Below, in pieces: positions 40,701-48,880 of a DNA stretch of 61,355 nucleotides (its first letter is position 1; every line of letters starts with the position of its first letter). The position numbers were made by a program, and so were the translations under genes. The stretch is from the NCBI GenBank assembly GCA_015490555.1, contig WFXO01000006.1:1-61355 (forward strand). Reading direction: 5' to 3'. The notes under the pieces are model-generated. The model saw nothing but the letters and a program-made list of their open reading frames with translations. It was not told the origin of the DNA and ran no database searches. The DNA comes from a candidate division WOR-3 bacterium. Its GTDB lineage: Bacteria > Hydrothermota > Hydrothermia > WGAB01.

Positions 40701-41402
40701 TTATCCCCCCTGAGCGTTTTTGGCTTGAGACACTGCTAATGCCCCTTTTAACATGGCCTCTTCTTCTCGAAAGTCAATTGCGAAACTCCCGAGATCGTGC
40801 GATGCCTGATAGGCTTTTAAAAGATCCAGTGCACGCTGGTATTGTCCAGCGAAGCGCAACGCACGGATTTGTTTCAACGTGAGATAGGTCTGATAGGCTT
40901 CGACGGGAATCTTCTTGGCGGCTTTTGCATAAAGCGAAACCGCCTTCTCGAAGTCCCCTTGATCCAGAGCCAGGTCCCCCAACTTGGCAAGGGCGAACGC
41001 TTCTAAGTAGGGATCCCGAATGCCAGATTTAAGAAAGGCGTTCAGATGTTCTCGGGCCTGTGCGGTATCCCCTCGATCCAGAGCCAATGTGGCCAAGTAG
41101 TAGTGCGCCTTTTTCCCTTCTTGGGTCCGACCATACGTGCTCACCAGGGTATTCAACATTTTGGAGGCGTTTGAGGTATCATTGCTTGCAAGATACGTAA
41201 TCGCTTGAAGGAGGCCAAGTTCAGCGGTGGGATTCGGTCGAGGTTTGTTGAGGCCTCTATAAATGGAGAACAGGAGGAGAATGGCGATCAGGCCACCGGT
41301 CCAGTAAAGCCGTTCCGGCTTGGCCATCAAGGCATTGAACGCCTTGGTCAGGAACTCCCTGACTGGGTCGTGTCTCAGTTCTTTTTTCGTAAGTTTTGCC
41401 AT
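40701..41402 (-). CDS. Membrane-anchored TPR protein (YfgM-like)
   Basis: Basic N-terminus (KKELRHDP), one TM helix, TPR-like helices. Confidence 0.7.
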   Translation of the reverse strand: MAKLTKKELRHDPVREFLTKAFNALMAKPERLYWTGGLIAILLLFSIYRGLNKPRPNPTAELGLLQAITYLASNDTSNASKMLNTLVSTYGRTQEGKKAHYYLATLALDRGDTAQAREHLNAFLKSGIRDPYLEAFALAKLGDLALDQGDFEKAVSLYAKAAKKIPVEAYQTYLTLKQIRALRFAGQYQRALDLLKAYQASHDLGSFAIDFREEEAMLKGALAVSQAKNAQGG

Positions 41403-41418
41403 GCTGTCACCCGCTCAA

Positions 41419-41447
41419 ATTATACCTGTCCCTTGTAAACAAGTCAA
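41419..41447 (-). promoter_or_regulatory. Near-consensus promoter of TPR-clpC-bamA-degP
   Basis: TTGACT-17 bp-TATAAT. Confidence 0.75.
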
Positions 41448-41494
41448 GGAAACACGCAGCATAGAGAGATCTTGCAAAGCAATTGCCAGGGGGA

Positions 41495-41527
41495 AAGAAA
41501 AGGGGCGGCCCGTATACGGGCCGCCCC
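41495..41527 (-). terminator. Intrinsic terminator of the por operon
   Basis: Perfect 26-bp palindrome GGGGCGGCCCGTATACGGGCCGCCCC (41502-41527) followed on the minus strand by TTTTCTTT. Confidence 0.85.
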
Positions 41528-41548
41528 ACAACCGTCTGCATTCCTCTA

Positions 41549-42478
41549 TCAGCCAGAGGCCGAAACCGTTGCCTCTTCAGGGAGAGAACCGTGGGTCTCC
41601 TGGTGCCTTTTCAGCAATTTTTCCCACTCGTGGTCTACAAAACGCTGGATGTAATCGACCTGTTCCTCCGTCAGATGCCGGAACCGGCCCTGCATTTTCA
41701 GGTAGTCCAAAACCGGACGGCCTTCCGGCCAGTAGTTGATGGTCCACCGTTCACCGTCCTCGATCTCAAACAAGGGGAAGACTTTGGTCTCTACAGCCAT
41801 ACGAGCAACCTTGATCGATTGATCGGAGGCGATTTTCCATCCCGGTGGACATGGGGACAAGATGTGGATAAACCGAGTGCCTTGAATCTCCTTGGCTTTG
41901 AGGAACTTCCGGACAAGGTCGTCCGGGAACGCAATGGTTGCGGTCGCGACATACGGGATCCGATGGGCAGACATGATCTCCACGATGTTCTTCTTGGGTC
42001 GCTCTTCGGGGTGTTTGACCGGGGTGGTCGTGGTCCACGCACCGTATGGGGTCGCACCGGACCGTTGGATGCCCGTGTTCATGTAGGCCTCGTTGTCATA
42101 CACGACATAGATGATGTTTTCGTTCCGCTCGGCAGCCCCGGAGAGGGCCTGGATCCCGATGTCGAAGGTTCCACCATCCCCGGCCCACGCTAAAACCGTA
42201 ACATCTTTTTCGCCTTTCACATCCAGAGCCGCGCGGATCCCCGAGGCCGCAATCGCAGCCGTCTCAAAGGCAGTATGGAACATGGGGATCTTCAAGGCGT
42301 GATTGGGCCAGGCCCCATCAATGATGGTCCAACAACAGGCAGGGACCGTAATCATCGTCTTGGGCCCCAAGGCTTTCAAAGCCAAACGCATGGCCACGGT
42401 CGCGCCACAGCCCTGGCACGCGAGATGGCCAGGATTCATCCACTCCTCGCGATTGACCTCTTTCCAATACCAACTCAT
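41549..42478 (-). CDS. porB: 2-oxoacid (pyruvate/ketoisovalerate):ferredoxin oxidoreductase beta subunit
   Basis: GH.AC.GC, TPP motif GDG...DNEAYMNTG.QRS, SPCP.GW. Confidence 0.93.
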   Translation of the reverse strand: MSWYWKEVNREEWMNPGHLACQGCGATVAMRLALKALGPKTMITVPACCWTIIDGAWPNHALKIPMFHTAFETAAIAASGIRAALDVKGEKDVTVLAWAGDGGTFDIGIQALSGAAERNENIIYVVYDNEAYMNTGIQRSGATPYGAWTTTTPVKHPEERPKKNIVEIMSAHRIPYVATATIAFPDDLVRKFLKAKEIQGTRFIHILSPCPPGWKIASDQSIKVARMAVETKVFPLFEIEDGERWTINYWPEGRPVLDYLKMQGRFRHLTEEQVDYIQRFVDHEWEKLLKRHQETHGSLPEEATVSASG

Positions 42479-43647
42479 AATCGGACTCCTTTCCAAATGA
42501 TTTCCTGAGGTTCGGTTCGGGACCTCAGGTCTTCGTAAATCGCTTCGATGTCTTCCGCCCGAATGTCGCGTCCACCCAAGCCGGTCACATAGCCGAAGAG
42601 GAGGGGAGCACCGGATTGTCCATAGAGGGCACTCTTGATCTCCTGGTAGAAAATTCCGTGATGTCCATAAGAGAGATTTCGATCGATGATCCCCACCTTT
42701 TTCCGACCTCTCAAAGCCTGCCGAATGTCCTCGAACGGGAACGGCCGGAACATCCGGAGTTTCAGGAGACCGACCTTGTGCCCCTTCTCCCGGAGTTTCT
42801 GGACTGCATAACGTGCCGTCGAGGTTGTGGAACCTGCGGTAACCAGTACTTCCTCGGCATCTTCCAGCATAAAAGGCTCCAACGTGTCGTAGGTCCGGCC
42901 AAAGAGTTCTCCAAACCGTTGTCCCTCTTCTTTAAACACCTGTATGGCACGTTCATGGGCCTTCTGGAGTTTGTATCGAAACTCGAAGTAGACCTGTGGA
43001 TCTGCCAGACCGCCAATGACTTGCGGGTTGTCAAAGTTCAGGGCATAAGGATTTTGATAGGGGGGAAGGAACGCATCTACCACCTCCTGGGGATAGATCT
43101 CCACCGGCTCAGAGGTGTGGGACAGAATGAACGCATCCAGCACAATCATCATCGGCAGAAGCACCTGCTCGGCGACTTTGTACCCCAAGATCACGAAGTC
43201 GAGGGCCTCCTGGTTTGATTCCGCATAGAGTTGCATCCATCCGGTATCTCGTTGGCTCAAGGAATCGTTTTGGTCCGTCCAGATGGACCAGGGGGCAGCC
43301 AAGGCGCGGTTGACGTTGGCCATCACAATGGGAGCGCGGACCCCTGCGGCCCAGTGGAGCATTTCGTGCATGAGCGCCAATCCCTGGGAAGACGTCGCGG
43401 TAAACGCACGGGCCCCAGCAATGGAGGCCGAAATGCACCCCGCCATGGCCGAATGCTCGGACTCCACCGTGATGAACCGGGCCTTCAAGTCCCCCTCCGC
43501 CACCATCTCAGAAAGCAATTCTACGATCGTGGTCTGCGGGGTGATGGGATACGCAGCAATGACCTCGACTCGAGCGAGTTTTGCCCCGTAGGAAACCGCA
43601 TGGTTCCCCGTAATGACTTTCATTTCGCTTTTTTCCAGGACCTTCAT
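42475..43647 (-). CDS. porA: 2-oxoacid:ferredoxin oxidoreductase alpha subunit
   Basis: YPITPQT, ESEHSA, TATSSQGL, RPFP, GLGGRD. Confidence 0.94.
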   Translation of the reverse strand: MKVLEKSEMKVITGNHAVSYGAKLARVEVIAAYPITPQTTIVELLSEMVAEGDLKARFITVESEHSAMAGCISASIAGARAFTATSSQGLALMHEMLHWAAGVRAPIVMANVNRALAAPWSIWTDQNDSLSQRDTGWMQLYAESNQEALDFVILGYKVAEQVLLPMMIVLDAFILSHTSEPVEIYPQEVVDAFLPPYQNPYALNFDNPQVIGGLADPQVYFEFRYKLQKAHERAIQVFKEEGQRFGELFGRTYDTLEPFMLEDAEEVLVTAGSTTSTARYAVQKLREKGHKVGLLKLRMFRPFPFEDIRQALRGRKKVGIIDRNLSYGHHGIFYQEIKSALYGQSGAPLLFGYVTGLGGRDIRAEDIEAIYEDLRSRTEPQEIIWKGVRL

Positions 43648-43657
43648 GGCAACCTCC

Positions 43658-45340
43658 TCAAAACAGCCGTTCCTGTTCCATGTCTATGACACCCCGCGGG
43701 CACTCTGCTGAGCAAATCCCGCAACCTTTACAGTAGTCGTAGTTGATCTGTGGCTTGTTGTCTACCCACTCAACCGCCGCATCGGGACAGAAGACATAGC
43801 AGTTGCCACAACTGTTACATGTCCCGCAGAGGAAGCACCGCTGGACTTCTTGCAAGGCCAATTCCTTGTTAAACCCAAGGATTTCTTCCCGATCGTAGGC
43901 TCTAATTCGTTCTTCTACCGGGAGTTCAGGGACCGCGACGCGCGGCTTCTTTTGGAAATATTCCATCTGGATCAAGAGGAAGGACACGGTCTTTGGCAGG
44001 GGCTGGGGTTGGAGTTCCTCGCCCATGACATAGGCGTGGATATGCTCCGAGGCTCGACGGGCCCAACCGATGGCTTCGACGACCGTCGCCGGTCCACTCA
44101 CCACATCCCCACCCGCAAAGAGCCCCGGGATCGCGGTCTTCCCGGTCTTCTTGTCAGCCACCAACCAGCCGTGGTCATCCAGCACTTCCTTTGGGAGGAA
44201 CGACGTGTCGACATATTCTCCAATGGCTGTGATGACGGCATCGTATTCCTCCTCAAACTCGGAGCCTTCGATGGGGACCGGACGCCGACGGCCTGACCGG
44301 TCCGGCTCCCCCAACTGCATTTTGACACAAGTTAAGACGATCTTGCCGTTTTTCTTTTCTGCTTTGATGGGTTGCGTAAGATACTGGAATTCGATCCCGT
44401 CCTCGATAGCACGCTCAATTTCTTCCTCTAAGGCTGGCATTTCCTTGCGAGTCCGACGATACAGGAGGACGGGCTCCGCCCCCAACCGGAGGAGTGTCCG
44501 GATCACATCCATCGCCACGTTCCCCCCTCCCACAACGGCGACCTTTTTGCCGGGAGGGGTCCGATTCCCCTCGTTGACATGCCGGAGAAACTCCACGCCG
44601 GACATCAGGTATTCGTCACCCGGAATGCCCATCCGCCGTTCCAGATGCGCGCCATATCCCAGGAAAACGGCATCATAGGTCTGTAGAAGTTCTTCGATGG
44701 AGATATCTTTGCCAACCTTCGTTTGATACCGGAATTCCACTCCCATCCGTTCCAGCGCCTGAAGTTCGCGGTCTACAATCTCACTGGGCAACCGGTACTC
44801 CGGAATACCATATCGAAGGACGCCGCCGCCCTTGGGGTCTTTTTCGAACACCACGACCCGATGCCCTTTCTGGCGGAGGTAGTAGGCAGCGGTCATGCCT
44901 GCAGGGCCACTTCCCACCACAGCAATGGTCTTTCCGGTTTCTTTTGCCGGGGGTTGGCCCTTTTTGTCCAGGATATAGTCCCCCACGAAGCGCTCGATTT
45001 CACGAATGGAGATGGCCTCGTCGAACCGTTTCCGGTTACAGGCCCGCTCGCAGGGATGAGGACACACCCGCCCCGTGATCGAAGGGATCGGATTGTGCTT
45101 CAACAGGACCTGTCCGGCCGCATCCAGATCCCCCCGTTCCAAAAACTGATAGAAATATTGGGGGATCAACGTATTCGTTGGGCAGGCCTTGGAACAGGGA
45201 CCGTACTTTTCCTGATCATGGATGACCGGCCGCAGGTTCCGCCAGGAGCCGGTTTTTACCCCTCGGGTGTCCCGAAACGAAACGGTCACTTCCGGAAACT
45301 CATCTGCGGTCCACTCATAGGGATTTCCGTTCTTTTTCAT
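43658..45340 (-). CDS. PorD-derived ferredoxin fused to GltD/NfnB-like FAD/NAD(P) oxidoreductase
   Basis: KTGSWR..RPVI N-terminus; C..ACP, GRVCPHPCE..C; GSGPAG; YGIP.YRL; GGGNVA; YRR; RCFLC; C-terminal 2x[4Fe-4S] (YDYCKGCGIC..ECP). Confidence 0.88.
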   Translation of the reverse strand: MKKNGNPYEWTADEFPEVTVSFRDTRGVKTGSWRNLRPVIHDQEKYGPCSKACPTNTLIPQYFYQFLERGDLDAAGQVLLKHNPIPSITGRVCPHPCERACNRKRFDEAISIREIERFVGDYILDKKGQPPAKETGKTIAVVGSGPAGMTAAYYLRQKGHRVVVFEKDPKGGGVLRYGIPEYRLPSEIVDRELQALERMGVEFRYQTKVGKDISIEELLQTYDAVFLGYGAHLERRMGIPGDEYLMSGVEFLRHVNEGNRTPPGKKVAVVGGGNVAMDVIRTLLRLGAEPVLLYRRTRKEMPALEEEIERAIEDGIEFQYLTQPIKAEKKNGKIVLTCVKMQLGEPDRSGRRRPVPIEGSEFEEEYDAVITAIGEYVDTSFLPKEVLDDHGWLVADKKTGKTAIPGLFAGGDVVSGPATVVEAIGWARRASEHIHAYVMGEELQPQPLPKTVSFLLIQMEYFQKKPRVAVPELPVEERIRAYDREEILGFNKELALQEVQRCFLCGTCNSCGNCYVFCPDAAVEWVDNKPQINYDYCKGCGICSAECPRGVIDMEQERLF

Positions 45341-45906
45341 GGTGTCACCTCCTGTGGCAAGATGACAGATTCATATGCCTCTTGGGCGGCTTTGGCGTTG
45401 TTTTCGGGGTCCATCGGAACTCCCTCACGGATTGCTTCGAGGAGAGCGTCCAGAGATAGGAGCCCGGTGGCACGCACAAAGGCCCCGAGGATCGCCGTGT
45501 TGACAATCGGTGCGGTCGGTTTCCCGAGTTTGTGCTTGATCGCAATCTGGTTGGCATCCACGGTCGCGACTCGATAGGAATCCGGGATTTCCAGCGTGTC
45601 CGGGTGATCCGGGGTGTTCACGATCACCCATCCGCCCTCCTTCAGGCCTTCCAGGACGTTCACGGCCTGAAGAAGGGTGGGATCCAGGACCACGATGTGG
45701 TCTGGATGGTGGATAAAGGATCGAACGAAAAGGGTGTCTTGAGACCCGACGCGAAGGAACGCCGTGACAGGCGCACCCCGTCGTTCAACCCCGAACTGTG
45801 GGAAAGCCTGGACATATTTCCCCTCCCGAAAAAATGCATCCGCAAGGATCTTCGAAGCCACAACTGTCCCCTGTCCACCTCGTCCATGAAACCGAATCTC
45901 AATCAA
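45337..45906 (-). CDS. porG: 2-oxoacid:ferredoxin oxidoreductase gamma subunit
   Basis: EIRFHGRGGQG, FG.ERRGAPV, NT.ILGA; TTG start after AAGGAGGTG. Confidence 0.94.
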   Translation of the reverse strand: MIEIRFHGRGGQGTVVASKILADAFFREGKYVQAFPQFGVERRGAPVTAFLRVGSQDTLFVRSFIHHPDHIVVLDPTLLQAVNVLEGLKEGGWVIVNTPDHPDTLEIPDSYRVATVDANQIAIKHKLGKPTAPIVNTAILGAFVRATGLLSLDALLEAIREGVPMDPENNAKAAQEAYESVILPQEVTP

Positions 45907-46062
45907 GGTGACACCTCCTTTTTGGCTGGCCCCAAATCTTTTTGCTTTCCAAAATTTTAAGGGAAAATAGAGGTATCCAAAATTCGTTTTTCCTTAGAAA
46001 ACTGCTCAACTTTGTGGATCTTCGCCGTCCTGTGTTTTTGCGATGCTGTACAATGTTTTCGC

Positions 46063-48741
46063 ATGATTCACGGAAAGATTGGGCGATATGAAGTCTTGGC
46101 CTGGCGGGGCGGGGGCCAGTTCGCCGATGTCTTCCTCGTGAAGGACCCCCTGACCGAAACCCAATACGCCCTCAAACTCTCCCGCGCAAAACGCAAAACC
46201 TCAGAATCCTTTCTCCAGGAAGCCAGGATCCTGGCAAGCCTCAACCATCCGAATATTGTGCGTTTTTATACCGTAGACTTCTATCAGGATCGGCTCTTCA
46301 TTCTCCTGGAATACATCGAGGGGAAAAGCCTACGGGAGATCATTCAAGAACGGGCCCCCTTATCACAAGACGAAGCCCTTCGGATTGCCCTGGAGATCTT
46401 AGACGCACTGGCATATGCACACGCCAAGGGAGTTCTCCATCGGGACCTCAAACCCGAAAACATCCTTCTGACGCCCGATATGACGGTGAAGATCACGGAT
46501 TTTGGCCTCTCTGCCCTCATCTCGGGCAACGTCTTGGAGGCCTCTGTTGCGGGGACCCCGCTTTACATGGCACCAGAGGTCTGGGAAGGCCGATTCTCTC
46601 CTGCCTCAGATCTGTGGGCCTTTTCGGCCATCCTCTACGAGATGCTGGCCGGACATGCCCCCTTCTTTGCCGAGACCTTAGAACAGGTCCGTGCGAAAAT
46701 CCTTACAGGACGAATCCCGAAGATCCACGGGATCCGCCCCGAACTCATGCGGATCCTCCGGAGAGGGCTCCACCCTAACCCCCGCTCCCGGTATGCGTCC
46801 GCCGAGGATTTCCGAAAAGATTTAGAAGCACTGTTCAAAAAGAAAGGGAAGGTTTTCGGGCCGATCGAGATCAAACGATCCGGTCCCAGAGATCTCCTCG
46901 AATCGCTTACTGAAGAACAACGCACGGCCGTCACTCACGGCGATGGAATCACGTTGGTCCTGGGAGGCCCGGGCACGGGGAAGACGACCACCTTAATTGC
47001 CCGTGCGGTCTACCTGATCCGCGAGAGAGGAGTGGATCCTGAAACCCTTTGGATTTGTACCTTTACCGGCCGGGGTGTGTTTGATCTTCAGGAGCGCTTC
47101 ACGCGACACCTCGGCAAAGAGGTCGTGGACGCCCTTTGGTTAGGGACCTACCACACACTGGCCATGCGAATCGTGGCCTTCGCCGGTGAACGGTATGGGA
47201 TCCCGGAAGATTTCACCGTGATCAATGAGTCTCGGCAATATGACTACCTGCGAAAGGCTGCCCGGACGTCCAACACGACCCGGCTCCGCGCCATGATGAA
47301 AACGATTTCGTTCTTTAAGGCCAACCTCATGTCCCCAAAAGAGATCCTGACGTCTGGTGCCAGCCGGTGGGAACAAGAAGTTGCGGAAGTCTATCTGCGG
47401 TATCAGTCCCTTCTCCGGGAGGACGGAGTCCTTGACTTTGGAGACCTCCTTTTGATCGCGAACCAGGTATTGAGGGATTACGACGACATTCGAGAGACCC
47501 TGGCGGGCCGGTTCCGTTTTGTCCTGGCCGATGAATTCCAGGATGTGGACTTCGCGCAATACCAACTTCTGAAGCAGGTTGCATCGGTCCATCACAATCT
47601 CTTCGTGACAGGCGACGACGATCAGGCGATTTATGGCTTCCGAGGAGCAAGCCCGAAATTCATGGAAGACCTCTTGAAGGAGTTCCCGGACGCTCAGGTC
47701 TTCCACCTCACCCAGAATTTCCGAACGCCCGAAGACATCCTGGACCTGGCGACGAACCTGATCTCTCGCAATACCCATCGTTTCCAAAAGGTGATCTATG
47801 CTCGAAACCCTTCACGAAACTCGGTGATCTTCCACATCGCCCGGAATGAACGGGATGAGGCTCAATTTGTGGCACAAAAAATCATCGAGCACCATGAAGA
47901 AGGGTATGCCTTTGACGACATGGCGGTCTTTTATCGGGTGCACTCCCGATCCCGACTCTTCGAAGAAGTGTTCCGGATCTATAAGATTCCATATAACATT
48001 GTGGGGGCATCCTCCTTCTTCCAGCGCCCCGAAGTCCGGGCAGCGCTCGCTGTGTTGAGGCTTCTGGTCGGGCCCATCCCTCGGGCCGAGATGCAGAGGA
48101 TCCTCCAGCATTTCACGGATCTTACCGCCCAGGAAATTCGTAACGTCTTGAAGTCTTGGGATAAGCGGCAAAAGCCGACCTTCTCCCGGACCCTTCCTCC
48201 GGCAAAACGGGAAAGCCTGAAGAACCTCTGGGCGCTCGTCCAGGAATTGCGCGATATGGTGCGTCTCCGGTCGCCTTATGACCTCCTTCAAACCTTCTTC
48301 GAACAAACTGGGTTCTGGAAAATCCTTACTGAGAGCGAAATGACACCGCTGGTACACGAGCGAGAAAACCTCCAAGAACTCTTGGCCATGGCCAGCGATT
48401 TTGGGAAAGATGGGGTTCGAGACTTCCTGAACTATGTGCAAATCCTGGAGTCTTTTGGGGCAGAGCGGTCTGGGACAGGAGGCGTCCGATTGATGACGGT
48501 CCATTCCGCGAAGGGGACGGAGTTCCCCATCGTGTTCTTGGTTGGACTGGAGAAAAACTCGTTTCCATTGCGCGGGAGCCTGGTCCGAAAGCAAGATCTG
48601 GAGGAGGAGCGGCGGCTCTTTTATGTGGCCATGACCCGTGCCCAGGAGCGGCTCTACCTCACCTATGCCCGATCGCGTCAGCACACCTCCCAGGAAGCCT
48701 CCCCTTTCCTCAACGAGTTGCTGATGAAGACACCCACATAA
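46063..48741 (+). CDS. Hanks-type Ser/Thr protein kinase fused to UvrD/PcrA-type SF1A DNA helicase
   Basis: Kinase: GGGQFADV, ALK, FLQEA, HRDLKPEN, DFG, GTPLYMAPE, SDLW. Helicase: Q motif, GPGTGKT, TFT, DEFQD, GDDDQAIYGFRGA, NFR, TVHSAKG.EF, EEERRLFYVAMTRA. One continuous ORF. Confidence 0.93.
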   Translation: MIHGKIGRYEVLAWRGGGQFADVFLVKDPLTETQYALKLSRAKRKTSESFLQEARILASLNHPNIVRFYTVDFYQDRLFILLEYIEGKSLREIIQERAPLSQDEALRIALEILDALAYAHAKGVLHRDLKPENILLTPDMTVKITDFGLSALISGNVLEASVAGTPLYMAPEVWEGRFSPASDLWAFSAILYEMLAGHAPFFAETLEQVRAKILTGRIPKIHGIRPELMRILRRGLHPNPRSRYASAEDFRKDLEALFKKKGKVFGPIEIKRSGPRDLLESLTEEQRTAVTHGDGITLVLGGPGTGKTTTLIARAVYLIRERGVDPETLWICTFTGRGVFDLQERFTRHLGKEVVDALWLGTYHTLAMRIVAFAGERYGIPEDFTVINESRQYDYLRKAARTSNTTRLRAMMKTISFFKANLMSPKEILTSGASRWEQEVAEVYLRYQSLLREDGVLDFGDLLLIANQVLRDYDDIRETLAGRFRFVLADEFQDVDFAQYQLLKQVASVHHNLFVTGDDDQAIYGFRGASPKFMEDLLKEFPDAQVFHLTQNFRTPEDILDLATNLISRNTHRFQKVIYARNPSRNSVIFHIARNERDEAQFVAQKIIEHHEEGYAFDDMAVFYRVHSRSRLFEEVFRIYKIPYNIVGASSFFQRPEVRAALAVLRLLVGPIPRAEMQRILQHFTDLTAQEIRNVLKSWDKRQKPTFSRTLPPAKRESLKNLWALVQELRDMVRLRSPYDLLQTFFEQTGFWKILTESEMTPLVHERENLQELLAMASDFGKDGVRDFLNYVQILESFGAERSGTGGVRLMTVHSAKGTEFPIVFLVGLEKNSFPLRGSLVRKQDLEEERRLFYVAMTRAQERLYLTYARSRQHTSQEASPFLNELLMKTPT

Positions 48742-48827
48742 CTGTGAGAGTTCCAGACATAAGGATTCCCAACTCGCAGGAAATCAAGGTAAAAGAGTCC
48801 TGCCCAAAGCATTCTTCATTACACAAC

Positions 48828-48856
48828 TTGACAAATTTGAGATTGAGGTGTATTGT
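48828..48856 (+). promoter_or_regulatory. Putative sigma70 promoter
   Basis: TTGACA-17 bp-TATTGT, then GGAGG SD and ATG 48881. Confidence 0.65.
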
Positions 48857-48880
48857 TGCACTGTAACGCGGAGGTTCAGG

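Noticed and set aside
47140-48684. 215- and 290-aa minus-strand ORFs inside the kinase-helicase
   Set aside because: Antisense shadows with no motifs; not evidence of a partner or antitoxin.
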